From: a candidate division FCPU426 bacterium
GTDB taxonomy: Bacteria; Oederibacteriota; Muellerivitia; Muellerivitales; Muellerivitaceae
Assembly: GCA_963771075.1 (NCBI GenBank)
Contig: CAVYSE010000015.1
Location: 1-53,239, forward strand
Direction: 5' to 3'
Length of the DNA: 53,239 nucleotides
The notes under the pieces were generated by a model, which saw only the letters and a list, made by a program, of their open reading frames with translations, was not told the origin of the DNA and did no database searches. The position numbers and the translations under genes are program-made. Shown piece by piece: positions 1-9,195 of the stretch; the first letter of the stretch is position 1, and each line of letters starts with the position of its first letter.

Positions 1-1
1 G

Positions 2-544
2 AATAAAAAACGAGAGCCAATAGGGTGGGCAATATCTAAAGATTTAAGAAGGTTCATGGAGGTGAATGGGATGGCTGAAATAAATCAGAAAGAAATATAT
101 GTAAGGGACATGAGCGGTGATTCGATAAATTTATTTTTTAAATACCATATTTATAAATGCCAGAAAAGATTTTTTAGGTCAGCTAACGGTAATTTATATT
201 TTGCCCCTTACTTCACGGGGAAGGCGCACCATTATTTTGAAGAACAATCAATCAAAGGGAAAAAAGGCATAACTTGGGTTGCGGCCGTAAAACATGTCGA
301 GGTAATTAAAAAGAAAAACATCCTCAAGTTTTTAAAAATAAACAAATGGGAGAATTTTAAAGAAGCGGCCAGAGAATTTAAGAAACAAACACGTCACAGC
401 GAAAATGAATTGATCGTAATGCTTTTAGGCGAACCCTTCCAGGTGTTTTTGAAACCCGTCGAAAAATCTAAATTGAATCAATTTGGGCCAATGGGTTCCA
501 AGTCCTTTACTTTTGAAGAGTTATTTACAGCGGCAGGAAAATAA
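2..544 (+). CDS. Hypothetical protein, probably 5'-truncated by the window edge; AT-rich, defence-island context
   Basis: Frame of ORF 56..544 is open back to position 2 (NKKREPIGWAISKDLRRFMEV...); lies directly upstream of hsdM; no motif recognised. Confidence 0.55.
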   Translation, partial: NKKREPIGWAISKDLRRFMEVNGMAEINQKEIYVRDMSGDSINLFFKYHIYKCQKRFFRSANGNLYFAPYFTGKAHHYFEEQSIKGKKGITWVAAVKHVEVIKKKNILKFLKINKWENFKEAAREFKKQTRHSENELIVMLLGEPFQVFLKPVEKSKLNQFGPMGSKSFTFEELFTAAGK

Positions 545-562
545 ATCCCGAGGTTCCGAATC

Positions 563-1645
563 ATGCAATGGATTGCACCGACCGAAAAAGACACTGCTAA
601 CGAGACCCTTGAGAAAAAGCTTTGGGCTGCCGCCGACCAACTTCGAGCAAATTCAGGACTTACGTCTCAGGAATACTCTACCCCGGTTTTGGGGATCATT
701 TTCCTAAGATTCGCGGAAGTACGGTTTCTAAAACGCAAAGCGGAATTGGAAAAGACCAAGGCTTCTTCTCGACGCGGCAATCAAGTGGACGACCCCAAAG
801 CTTATCAGGCTGAAGGGGTGATTTTCTTAAGCCCTAAAGCCCGGTTCGATTACCTGCTCAATTTGCCCGAGGGTGCAAACGTTGGCGGCAAAGTTAATGA
901 GGCAATGTCCGCCATCGAGAAAGACAATCCTCAACTGGCCGGGGTATTGCCAAAAACCTATCAAAGATTCACTGGGCCGCTTCTCAAGGAATTACTGAAA
1001 AAAATCTCTGAAATTCCAGCTTCGCTCGAATACGACGCTTTTGGTCGTATCTATGAATACTTCTTGGGCGAATTTGCCAGTAACGAAGGTTCCATGGGCG
1101 GGGAATTTTACACTCCTTCAAGCATCGTCCGGCTTTTAGTGGAAGTAATCGAACCTTTTCATGGCCAAATTCTTGATCCGGCCTGTGGTTCTGGGGGTAT
1201 GTTTGTTCAAAGCGCTCGGTTTGTTCAAGAACACCGCAAGAACCCTGCTTCAGAACTTTCCATTTTCGGCCAAGAAAAAGTGGGAGCTACCGTTTCCTTA
1301 AGCCGTATGAACCTTGCCATGCACGGTTTGGAAGGTGACATTCGGGAAGCTATTAGTTATTACGACGACCCTCATAAGCTCACCGGCAAGTTTGATTTCG
1401 TCCTCGCCAATCCACCTTTCAACGTGGACGCAGTGGATAAGGACCGTCTGGCCGATAGCGTGGGAAAGGGTCGCCGTTATCCTTTTGGGTTGCCCAAAGC
1501 AGATAATGCTAATTACCTTTGGATACAACTTTTTTATTCTGCGCTTAATGAAAAAGGGCGCGCTGGTTTTGTTATGGCTGGTGGTGCTCCAGATGCTCGT
1601 TCGTCCGAAGCTGAATTACGCCGTCAATTATTGGAAACCAAAGTA
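563..1645 (+). pseudogene. hsdM: Type I restriction-modification methyltransferase subunit M, 3'-truncated
   Basis: HsdM N-terminus ([14 protein letters not shown]), [16 protein letters not shown] (motif I), NPPF (motif IV); homology stops at ...RRQLLETKV (1645) where the inverted repeat starts; ORF reads on to 1714 with unrelated residues; no hsdM remainder, hsdS or hsdR in the window. Confidence 0.88.
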
Positions 1646-1672
1646 AAAGGGGTCAGTCATCAATTATTAATA

Positions 1673-1701
1673 TTTACAAGTTGGAGGCAATCGGTTAGCT
1701 T
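1673..1701 (+). promoter_or_regulatory. Putative sigma70 promoter of the transposase (near-leaderless transcript)
   Basis: TTTACA (1673-1678), 17 bp, TAGCTT (1696-1701); ATG at 1711. Confidence 0.4.
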
Positions 1702-1710
1702 GTCGGGGCT

Positions 1711-2652
1711 ATGAGAAAACCTAGACTTCTTTATCTCGGCGGCTTGTACCACGTGATTGCCAGGGGAAATCAACGTCAAAAAACATTTTTGGTCAAGGTT
1801 GATTTTGTTAAATATCTGGAACTATTAGGCGAGCATTTGGAAACGCGTGAAATAAGGCTTTATGCCTATTGCCTGATGCCCAACCATGTTCATCTGTTGG
1901 TAGAACAAGCCGGTGATTATCCCTTGTCCCGGTATATGCATCGGCTCCAAACGGCTTATACCCAATTCTTCAACCGGACCCATAAGAAAGTAGGCCATCT
2001 TTTTCAGGGTCGGTACAAGGCCATATTGGTGGACAAGGATTCATATCTGTTGGAATTGGTTCGATACATTGGGTTGAATCCGTTCAGGGCGAAATTGGAG
2101 GAAAAGCCGGGAATATATCCCTGGACCAGCCACCAACAATATTTGGGCCGAGAGAATAAGCCATTGGCGAAAGTGGAAGTTGAACCAGTTTTGGCTCTTT
2201 TCAGCAAAAGGAAGAAAGAAGCCCAAAAGGCCTATTTGAGGTTCGTAAAGGAAGGCATGGGGGAAGGCCATCGGGAGGATTTGTATGATGTCCGGCAGGG
2301 ACATATTTTAGGGGACCAGGAATTCGAACAAAAAGCGCATCAAAAGGCCCAACGTCCGCTGTCAGGTGCGAGTTTGAAGGTGAAGAAAACATTACCTGAA
2401 ATATGGAAAGTACTTTTGAAACGGGAAGGGCATAGTGAAGATCCGACAGGCCATCGCCGAAGCCGTTTAATGGAAGAAGCGGCCTATCTAGCGTTTGAGG
2501 GGTGTGGGATAAGCCAAAGAGAGATAGGGGTATATTTTGGGAAAAATCAAAGCGCAGTCAGCCAGGCCATTAGGCGTTTGGAGATGAAGTGGAAAGAACA
2601 GCCCGGGGAAAAGGAGAAGTGGTTTCGATGGGCGCGACACTTAGAATATTAA
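1711..2652 (+). CDS. REP-associated tyrosine transposase-like protein (Y1_Tnp HUH domain plus C-terminal HTH)
   Basis: [19 protein letters not shown] (HUH), [17 protein letters not shown] (catalytic Tyr), YPWTS; C-terminal [26 protein letters not shown]. Confidence 0.9.
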   Translation: MRKPRLLYLGGLYHVIARGNQRQKTFLVKVDFVKYLELLGEHLETREIRLYAYCLMPNHVHLLVEQAGDYPLSRYMHRLQTAYTQFFNRTHKKVGHLFQGRYKAILVDKDSYLLELVRYIGLNPFRAKLEEKPGIYPWTSHQQYLGRENKPLAKVEVEPVLALFSKRKKEAQKAYLRFVKEGMGEGHREDLYDVRQGHILGDQEFEQKAHQKAQRPLSGASLKVKKTLPEIWKVLLKREGHSEDPTGHRRSRLMEEAAYLAFEGCGISQREIGVYFGKNQSAVSQAIRRLEMKWKEQPGEKEKWFRWARHLEY

Positions 2653-2939
2653 TAAATGATGACTGACCCCTTTCTGACACACGGCCATCCATACTTGCGG
2701 CCTCATAACATTTCCCCTGACGCGGGCTCCCGCTTTAAACCATCGGGCACCCGCAATAATGCATGAATTAAAGTTGCACACTATCCTTTTTGCGACAGGC
2801 ATGTGCAGCGAAAAAAGGGGCCAGGCCTACAAATTACACGATAGATAATCCATTCCCTGGGGTTAGCGCTGAAAAAAGGCCTGACTACCTGCTCCGCGCT
2901 CTGCGGCGGGAAGCGAAAGGTCACTATTTTCCGCTTTTT

Positions 2940-3023
2940 GGATTATTGGGTGTGCAACCGTGGCCCAGTTGCGCCTTACTTTAAATTATTTGGTTATCTT
3001 GCTTTTCTTGGTTTGTGGCAAAG
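2940..3023 (+). repeat. 84-bp direct repeat, copy 1
   Basis: 78/84 identical to 4084-4167 by manual alignment. Confidence 0.92.
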
Positions 3024-3064
3024 TTCTTCCCGTCTAAATCGGGACCACGTGAAAAGACCGTGAG

Positions 3065-3523
3065 TTATTTATCCAAACGTCTGTCGAAGGGAAATGGGAA
3101 GTGGTTAACCACTTGAATTTGGCCAAAATCGGGGTGAGCTGGGTTTAAAATGAAATTTTGACCGTAAATGTTGACGGCGGATGGAACGGTTAAGATTGGG
3201 GTTTCGAGGGAATCCACCCACTCCCGGCCGATCTTTTTCAGGCTATCGGGCCCCGGGTAATCCCGCCAATGAGGCGGGAGGCCGTCGATCCCGACTTTTT
3301 GTTTTTTGAGGCTGTCAGGTACGTCGATTTCCACCAAAAAGTAATCTTTCGGAATGTTGTTTTTCTCAAAATGAACCAAGGCCTCAAGGATGGAAAGGGA
3401 ATTGCTTTCGGAAGTATAAACGACGGCGACTCCGACGGGGTTCCAGCGTCCCCCGGCGTTTTTCGCCCCCGTCCCGCTCAGGTCGTGAATCCGCGCTTTT
3501 TTACAGCTTCTCCAAACCCGCAA
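3065..3523 (-). CDS. RES-domain toxin (NAD+ phosphorylase, MbcT/ParT-like)
   Basis: GGRWNP, VVYTSE, LEALVH, VPSAV and NFILNPAHPDF motifs; downstream of its antitoxin. Confidence 0.92.
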   Translation of the reverse strand: MRVWRSCKKARIHDLSGTGAKNAGGRWNPVGVAVVYTSESNSLSILEALVHFEKNNIPKDYFLVEIDVPDSLKKQKVGIDGLPPHWRDYPGPDSLKKIGREWVDSLETPILTVPSAVNIYGQNFILNPAHPDFGQIQVVNHFPFPFDRRLDK

Positions 3524-3536
3524 TTGCTATTTCCTT

Positions 3537-3971
3537 TTATGAGATGACGCCTTCCTCAATCCGTTGAAGAACTTCTTGGGCTTGGGAGGCGCCCAAGTCG
3601 GTGTCCATGGCAGAAAAGGGCGTTTTTCCCCCGATGGCGGCCAAGGGAACCTGAAGCCATTTACTGGCCTTTTCAGCCGAGCCAAAAACGGTCCTGGCTT
3701 TTTGCGCGATACGGACAATTCGCATGAGCCTGTCCGACTCATCCGCCCTGAGTTTACGCCTGCCAGCGAGGCGGCGAACGGCGGTCCGGGGGGATAGGGC
3801 TATTTTTTCGATCAGGATTTTCGGGGTGACGCCAAGCCGGTGGCTGACAGATTCCACCACTTGAAAGGTAAATCCGCTTTGAACGATATCTTCAAGTTGG
3901 TAGATGTCGCGGACATCCTTCTTGAGGGTTTTTTTACCGCCTAAAAATTCCAGGGTGGGTTGAAGTTCCAT
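3537..3971 (-). CDS. Xre/MbcA/ParS-type antitoxin
   Basis: L..DESDRLMRI, VFGSAEKASKWL..P.AAIGGKTP and L.RIEEGV motifs. Confidence 0.92.
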   Translation of the reverse strand: MELQPTLEFLGGKKTLKKDVRDIYQLEDIVQSGFTFQVVESVSHRLGVTPKILIEKIALSPRTAVRRLAGRRKLRADESDRLMRIVRIAQKARTVFGSAEKASKWLQVPLAAIGGKTPFSAMDTDLGASQAQEVLQRIEEGVIS

Positions 3972-3990
3972 CGTAAGCCTCCGGAAGTAC

Positions 3991-4025
3991 GTGCCATATG
4001 GCTATAATAATAGACCAAATGGCAC
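3991..4025 (-). promoter_or_regulatory. Palindromic operator upstream of the antitoxin (likely autorepression site)
   Basis: GTGCCAT...ATGGCAC inverted arms enclosing GCCATATGGC and ACCAAATGGC half-repeats around an AT-rich core, 20-54 bp upstream of the start codon. Confidence 0.55.
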
Positions 4026-4083
4026 ATGAGCGCAAGGCGGGCGGTTAATAAAAAAAGTGTCTGGCCAATAGTATCCAATTTGC

Positions 4084-4167
4084 GGATTATTTGGAGTGCA
4101 ACCGTGGGCCGGTTGCACCTTACTTTAAATTATTTGGCTATCTTGCTTTTCTTGGTTTGTGGCAAAG
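4084..4167 (+). repeat. 84-bp direct repeat, copy 2, with internal hairpin GTGCAACCG-tgggc-CGGTTGCAC
   Basis: 78/84 identical to 2940-3023. Confidence 0.92.
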
Positions 4168-4273
4168 CCGTAATAAAATTCCTTATCACAAACGGGTTGG
4201 CTTAAAAGCGCGCCTTATTTCGCGAGTTCCCCGAAATCCGTCAGCGGTTGGGGTCAGGAAGACATTCGAGATC

Positions 4274-4828
4274 TCAAAGATATTTCGCGAGCTCGGCCTG
4301 GATTTGGGCTTCGATATCCTCGGGCTTTTGCTTTGAGACGAACCGCTTCAGCGGGTGTCCATTGCGGTCGATGAGGAACTTGGTGAAGTTCCAGCCGATG
4401 TCCGTCTTGCCGTCCGGGTCGGGCTCCGCCTTTTTCAGGAATTGGTACAAGGGATGGGCATTGTCCCCGTTGACCTCGATTTTCGCGAAGAGGGGAAAGG
4501 TGACATTGTATTTGGTACTGCAGAAGGTCTTGATCTCGCTTGCCGTGCCAGGTTCCTGGCTGCGGAACTGGTTGCAGGGAAAGCCCAAAATCACTAAACC
4601 CTGGCCCTTGTATTTCTCGTAGAGTTTTTCCAACCCAGCGTACTGGGGCGTGAACCCGCACTTGCTGGCGACGTTGACGATCAAGAGGACCTTACCCTTA
4701 TAGGAAGAAAGGGTAGCGGGCTGGTTATCGATCGTCAGGGCCTTGAATCCGTAAACGGTGGTTGGATCGTCAGCCCAACTGTAAGAAGCGGCCAAACACA
4801 GCAGTAGGCCAAACAGAATTTTCTTCAT
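4274..4828 (-). CDS. Glutathione peroxidase family protein (Cys-type) with signal peptide
   Basis: VNVASKCGFTPQY, GFPCNQF, WNFTKFL; likely start MKKILFGLLLCLAASYSWA at 4828 after GGGGAG RBS. Confidence 0.93.
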   Translation of the reverse strand: MKKILFGLLLCLAASYSWADDPTTVYGFKALTIDNQPATLSSYKGKVLLIVNVASKCGFTPQYAGLEKLYEKYKGQGLVILGFPCNQFRSQEPGTASEIKTFCSTKYNVTFPLFAKIEVNGDNAHPLYQFLKKAEPDPDGKTDIGWNFTKFLIDRNGHPLKRFVSKQKPEDIEAQIQAELAKYL

Positions 4829-4909
4829 TTTTCTCCCCTTGTTGATTATTTGAGTTATTACGCCATAAATGCCGGGAGAAATGCCATGCCCGAAACGAAA
4901 AAATAATTC

Positions 4910-5124
4910 ACAGCCAACACGAAGCCACGAAGACACAAAGAAAACCAAAGGATTTTGAGCAACAACAAAATCTTGGGTTCGTTATTTGTTTGGGTTTAAA
5001 AAAACTTAGCTGTTCTTAGTGGCTTTCTGGCTTTGTCCCCATTTGCTCCCTTGGTGCAAATGAATGCGGGACTATACCGACCTCATTAAAAGCTTTCATA
5101 GAAGGTCGGCATGTGTTGGAAGTG
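4910..5124. repeat. MITE/REPIN-like inverted pair (CCAAC..AAG-type arms) with AT-rich spacer; right arm interrupted by a 76-bp element
   Basis: Left CCAACACGAAGCCACGAAGACACAAAG; right CTTAGTGGCTTTCTGGCTTTG[insert]TGTTGGAAG. Confidence 0.65.
5036..5111 (-). mobile_element. 76-bp two-hairpin micro-element, copy 1
   Basis: Minus strand CA-[TGCCGACC...GGTCGGTA-TAG-TCCC...GGGA]-CA; near-identical to 8053-8128. Confidence 0.75.
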
Positions 5125-5167
5125 GGTGTTCGTTGTCTGTTTTGTTGAACTCGTCAATGAAGAGCTG

Positions 5168-5743
5168 TCAGGGGGATGAAGACTCTTCCAGCGCTTGGAG
5201 CTTCGGGCCAAAGTTGTCCCCGATCTTTCCGCCGGCTTCCAGCAGGACCGCGCCAAATATCACCACGACCAGCGCCAGGGTGAGGAAGGTCCAGAGGTGC
5301 CGGGATTCGAAGCGCTTGATGTTGCGGTGGAAGGCCACGAAGGCGATCAAGGCGGCGATCACGATGACCGCGTCCACGCTCACCCTTTGCCAATAACTGC
5401 CCCCCAGGTGAAGCCACATTCCGAACTCGTCGAAGGTGAGGGCCAGGGCCGCGCCGTATAACAAGGCGGTCCACTCGGCCGGCTTTCCCGTCGGCCGGCG
5501 GAACACGCTGTAACCGCACACCGCCGAGAGCAGGAATATGCCGTAATTGAGGTGGTGGACATGGGTGCCCTTCATGAACAGGTACATGTTGGGGATGAGG
5601 TCGGACATGATGAGGAACACGTCGATGCGCGCGAGCAGGAACATCACCAGGAAGGCGAAGAGCGTTCTGCGGGCCAGCCGGTCCGTGGTTTCCCGGAGTG
5701 AGGTTCTGCGGTAATGGGAAGCCGGGTTAATTTTATTCAGCAT
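5168..5743 (-). CDS. Hypothetical integral membrane protein
   Basis: About five hydrophobic segments, HVHHLNYGI and LTFDEFGMWLHL motifs; likely start Met at 5743. Confidence 0.8.
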   Translation of the reverse strand: MLNKINPASHYRRTSLRETTDRLARRTLFAFLVMFLLARIDVFLIMSDLIPNMYLFMKGTHVHHLNYGIFLLSAVCGYSVFRRPTGKPAEWTALLYGAALALTFDEFGMWLHLGGSYWQRVSVDAVIVIAALIAFVAFHRNIKRFESRHLWTFLTLALVVVIFGAVLLEAGGKIGDNFGPKLQALEESSSP

Positions 5744-5834
5744 GGGTTTTTTCCAAAACATAGAACATCTAACATAACCGATTTCGCCGATAAACCACAG
5801 CCAACACCAACGTATAACACCAAAAGCCAACGCA

Positions 5835-5910
5835 TGCCGACCCTCATTAACGGCCTTTAATGAGGTCGGTATAGTCCCGCGTTCCTTTGCTCCATTGGAG
5901 CAAAGGGGGA
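5835..5910 (+). mobile_element. 76-bp two-hairpin micro-element, copy 2
   Basis: CCAACG-CA-[TGCCGACC...GGTCGGTA TAG TCCC...GGGA]-CA-AAGACGCAAAG. Confidence 0.75.
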
Positions 5911-5965
5911 CAAAGACGCAAAGAGGGCAAACCTACACAAAAAAGAAGATTGCCGGTTGGTTACA

Positions 5966-6058
5966 CCTTCTCTCCTTGATGGAGAAGGCCGGGATGAGGG
6001 GGGGAAATTACTGTAGTCTTGCACCCCTCACCCTACCCTCTCCCTCAAGGGGAGAGGG
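5966..6058. repeat. REP pair of the CCCTCACCCT.CCCTCTCCC...GGGAGAGGG family (inverted doublet)
   Basis: CCTTCTCTCCTTGATGGAGAAGGCCGGGATGAGGGG ... CCCCTCACCCTACCCTCTCCCTCAAGGGGAGAGGG. Confidence 0.8.
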
Positions 6059-6259
6059 TCTGTTTTGTGGAGGTTGCCAAATGCGTAGTTACGTTTTTTT
6101 TAGTGCCCTATTAAAGAACCACCGGGAAATGGGTATCTCCGAAAGCGCTTCCTCTTTAAAGTTAATTATTTCTTATCACTCAGGTTATAGATAGCTTGAA
6201 ATTAAGAAACAGTGATAGCATCAAAACCATTCGCAAAACCCAAACTACCGGAGGCCGCA

Positions 6260-7426
6260 ATGCTGGATTTCGAGTTCCAAACCCAAACCCGGATGCTGTT
6301 CGGTAAGGATGCCCTGTCCAAACTGCCCCTGGAGCTGGCCAAGTACGGCCCGAAAGTGCTCCTCGTCACGGGGGGGAAAAGCGTCCACGCGTCCGGGCTT
6401 TATGACCGGGTGATGAAATATTTGAAGGAATCCGGAAAGACGGTTTTCGAGGTCAAGGGCGTCAAGCCCAACCCCCGCGTGGATAGCGTGCGGGAAGGGG
6501 TGGCCCTCTGCAAAAAAGAAAAGATCGATTTGGTGCTGGGCGTGGGCGGGGGAAGCGTGATTGACGCGGCCAAGGGCATGGCGGCGGGCGCCCTCTATGA
6601 CGGCGACGTGTGGGACCTTTACCTCTATAAGGCCCCGACTGAAAAAGCCTTGCCCATCGGCTGTATCCTGACCCTGGCCGCGACCGGTACCGAAATGAAC
6701 GGCAATTCGGTGGTGTCGAATTTAGAGAGGGGCGAAAAGCTGGGGCTGGTGACGCCCCTGGTTCTGCAACCCATGTTCTCCATCCTGGACCCCCAATCGA
6801 CCTACTCGGTACCCCCGGACCAGACGGCCAACGGCTGTGTGGACATCATGGTCCATGTCTTTGAGCAGTATTTCAGCCAGATCGAGGATGTGCCCCTCCA
6901 GGACCGTTTGGCCGAGTCCATTTTATTGACCATGATCGAGAACGCCCCGAAGGTGATCCAAGACCCGAAGAATTACCATGTCAGGGCCAATATCCTCTGG
7001 TGCGGAACCATGGCCCTGAACAATATCGTGGGTTTGGGAAAGCAGGGCGACTGGGCGACGCACGGCATGGAGCACGAGCTATCGGCGGCCTACGATATCG
7101 CCCATGGCGCGGGGCTGGCCATCCTGTCCCCCCAATGGATGAGCTTCGTGGTGGACGCGGGGCCCGCCAAATTCCGCCAATTCGCGGAAAGGGTTTGGGG
7201 AGTCAACTCCAAGGGAAAAACGGAAAAAGAGGTGGCGTTGGAGGGAATCCAAAAGACCAAGGCCTTCTTCAAGTCCATCGGCGCCCCGGTCAGCCTCAAG
7301 GACGCGGGGATCGACGATAAGCGGATTTCTGAGATGGCCAAGAAGTCCGTCCGCAACGGCCCCATCGGCGCCTATAAAAGGCTTAACGAGAAGGATGTCG
7401 AGGCGATCCTGCGGAGTTGTTTATAA
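6260..7426 (+). CDS. Iron-containing alcohol dehydrogenase (butanol dehydrogenase BdhA/YqhD-like)
   Basis: GGGSVIDAAK, TLAATGTEMN, DIMVHVFEQYF, WATHGMEHELS, HGAGLA; ATG 6260 after GGAGG. Confidence 0.95.
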   Translation: MLDFEFQTQTRMLFGKDALSKLPLELAKYGPKVLLVTGGKSVHASGLYDRVMKYLKESGKTVFEVKGVKPNPRVDSVREGVALCKKEKIDLVLGVGGGSVIDAAKGMAAGALYDGDVWDLYLYKAPTEKALPIGCILTLAATGTEMNGNSVVSNLERGEKLGLVTPLVLQPMFSILDPQSTYSVPPDQTANGCVDIMVHVFEQYFSQIEDVPLQDRLAESILLTMIENAPKVIQDPKNYHVRANILWCGTMALNNIVGLGKQGDWATHGMEHELSAAYDIAHGAGLAILSPQWMSFVVDAGPAKFRQFAERVWGVNSKGKTEKEVALEGIQKTKAFFKSIGAPVSLKDAGIDDKRISEMAKKSVRNGPIGAYKRLNEKDVEAILRSCL

Positions 7427-7474
7427 CCGGCAACACCCACAGCCAACACCAACATCCAACAGCAACGTTTAACA

Positions 7475-7615
7475 CCAAAAGCCAACGCCAAGCCGCCAAG
7501 CCGCAAAGTAAAACAATATTTTGTTAAAGATATAAAATCTTTAGGTTTTTGTATCACACCTTAAGCCCCAAATAAGCCTTTCTTGGCGCCTTTGCGGCTT
7601 GGCGTTGGAAGTTGG
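7475..7615. repeat. Uninterrupted MITE/REPIN-like inverted pair (CCAACGCCAAGCCGC arms)
   Basis: CCAACGCCAAGCCGCCAAGCCGCAAAG ... CTTGGCGCCTTTGCGGCTTGGCGTTGG around an AT-rich spacer; preceded by CCAACA-rich tandem units. Confidence 0.75.
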
Positions 7616-7691
7616 TTTTCGATTTTTCCGTTAAAAACCTGATCAGTTACTGGGGATATAATGAAGATGTTCTTCATCCCCGGGAGGATTC

Positions 7692-7925
7692 TTGTACCTG
7701 GAATTCCATTTCCATTCGGAAAGCACGGACGGATTACGTAAATTCATCGAGTCCGTCAAATGCCCCGTCGATGACCTTCACCCATCCTTCGATTCCCACC
7801 ATTCGGTATCGGAAGGCCCCCACGTGCTGCGCTATATCACCTGTTGCAGGGAATTAAACGCCCATTTGAAAAGGAAGGTGTCGGCCCTGCATACGGGGAT
7901 GAAATACGTCGATGGGCTGGATTAA
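7692..7925 (+). CDS. Small hypothetical protein
   Basis: 77-aa ORF with GGAGG RBS and TTG start, GC-rich coding-like stretch between repeat blocks. Confidence 0.55.
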   Translation: MYLEFHFHSESTDGLRKFIESVKCPVDDLHPSFDSHHSVSEGPHVLRYITCCRELNAHLKRKVSALHTGMKYVDGLD

Positions 7926-8037
7926 ACCAAAATCCCCCGGTAGACAACACCAACATCCAACACGAAGCCACAAAGCCACGAAGAAAGGCCAAATCTTGAA
8001 ATGTGGGATCACCCACGGCCAACACCAACGTATAACA

Positions 8038-8261
8038 CCAACAGCCAACGCATGCAGACCTTCTTTGAAAGCTTTTAATGAGGTCGGTATAGTCCCGCAT
8101 TCATTTGCACCAAGGGCGCAAATGGGGACAAAGACGCCAAGCCGCGAAGTAAAACCAAATATTTTGGATAATGTCTTAATCCTAAGAATTCTTTTGGAGT
8201 TGGCTTTTTATCTAAAAGTGTGACTTTCTTGGCGTCTTGGCGGCTTAGCGTTGGAAGTTGG
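8038..8261. repeat. MITE/REPIN-like inverted pair; left arm interrupted by a 76-bp element
   Basis: CCAACGCA[insert]AAGACGCCAAGCCGCGAAG ... CTTGGCGTCTTGGCGGCTTAGCGTTGGAAGTTGG. Confidence 0.7.
8053..8128 (+). mobile_element. 76-bp two-hairpin micro-element, copy 3
   Basis: CA at 8051-8052 and 8129-8130 flank TGCAGACC...GGTCGGTA TAG TCCC...GGGA. Confidence 0.75.
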
Positions 8262-8263
8262 TT

Positions 8264-9195
8264 TTAGGCCGACATCGTGCCTTCCGCTTCCAGGTCCTCG
8301 TTCTCGAGTTGGATCCGGGCCTGCTCCAAGCGTCTTTCCCGATCGGGGGTCATCTCGGGGAACTTCAGGCCCAGGGATTGGATAGTCCCCGTCAAGATAT
8401 CCGCCACCAGGGTGCGTGAGGCCCATTTGTGGTTGGCGGGGATCACGTACCAGGGGGCCCATTCGGTGGAGGTGGCAGCCAGGGCCTGCTCATAGGCCTC
8501 CATATAGTCATCCCAATAGGCGCGTTCGGGCAGGTCGTTCTCGGAAAATTTCCAATGCTTGGCCGGGTTGTTCAGGCGGTCCAAAAAGCGCCGCTTCTGC
8601 TCATCCTTCGATATATATAGGTAGAATTTCAGCACGATGATGCCGTTGCGGGTCAGGTGTTTCTCGAAGTGGTTGATGTCGCTGTAGCGGTGTTTCCATA
8701 TATTTTCCCCCTTCACGCCGGGGGGAGCTTCTGGTTCTCCAAGATCTCGGGGTGGACCTTCACCACCAGCACGTCCTCGTAATAGGAGCGGTTGAAGATC
8801 CCGATGCGCCCCCGGGTCGGCAGGGCCTTCATGTAGCGCCACAGGAAGTTGTGGTCCATCTCGTCGGCGCTGGGTTTCTTGAAGTTGGCCACTTGGCAGC
8901 CTTGCGGGTTGAGCCCTGACATGACGTGGCGGATGATGCCGTCCTTGCCCGCCGCGTCCATGGCCTGCAAGATCACCAGGATGCCATGGGTATCGCTGGC
9001 CCAAAGCAGGTTTTGGGCCTCGGCCAGGTTGGCCAGGTTGCGGTCGAGAATCTTTTTCGCGATTTTTTTGACCCTTTCCTCCCCGAAACGGTCCAGTAAA
9101 TCCTTATGGGCAGCCCAACCCGGGTCGAGGTCCTTGAAGGAAATGGATTTGCCCGGTTTCACCATGAATTTATTCAGGAAGCTTTTGCCGATCAT
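8264..9195 (-). CDS. ppk2: Polyphosphate kinase 2 family protein, split by a 1-base frameshift at G-run 8720-8725
   Basis: N-half QAMDAAGKDG (Walker A) and IFNRSYYE; C-half LKFYLYISKDEQ, WKFSEND, APWYVIPA; one more base in the run joins the frames. Confidence 0.88.

Larger units (their letters stand above)
1646..2673 (+). mobile_element. Y1/RAYT-like transposase element bounded by 29-bp inverted repeats
   Basis: Left 1646-1674 AAAGGGGTCAGTCATCAATTATTAATATT; right 2645-2673 AATATTAATAAATGATGACTGACCCCTTT; reverse complements match 28/29; contains only the transposase gene. Confidence 0.8.

Noticed and set aside
2674..2940. Continuation of hsdM after the transposase
   Set aside because: No frame yields HsdM C-terminal motifs such as the expected F..T.LP..LWF segment
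4103..4130. dif/pdif site within the 84-bp repeat (TTACTTTAAAT resembles the XerD arm TTATGTTAAAT)
   Set aside because: No XerC-like arm at the required 6-bp spacing
4274..4828. Selenocysteine GPx
   Set aside because: The active-site codon is TGC (Cys), with no in-frame TGA
5064..8223. Look-alike short ORFs starting MRDYTDLIKSF (5064+, 8100-) and similar
   Set aside because: They are translations of the repeat elements, not genes
8713..8730. Programmed ribosomal frameshift in ppk2
   Set aside because: No canonical slippery heptamer and none known for this family; a homopolymer indel is simpler
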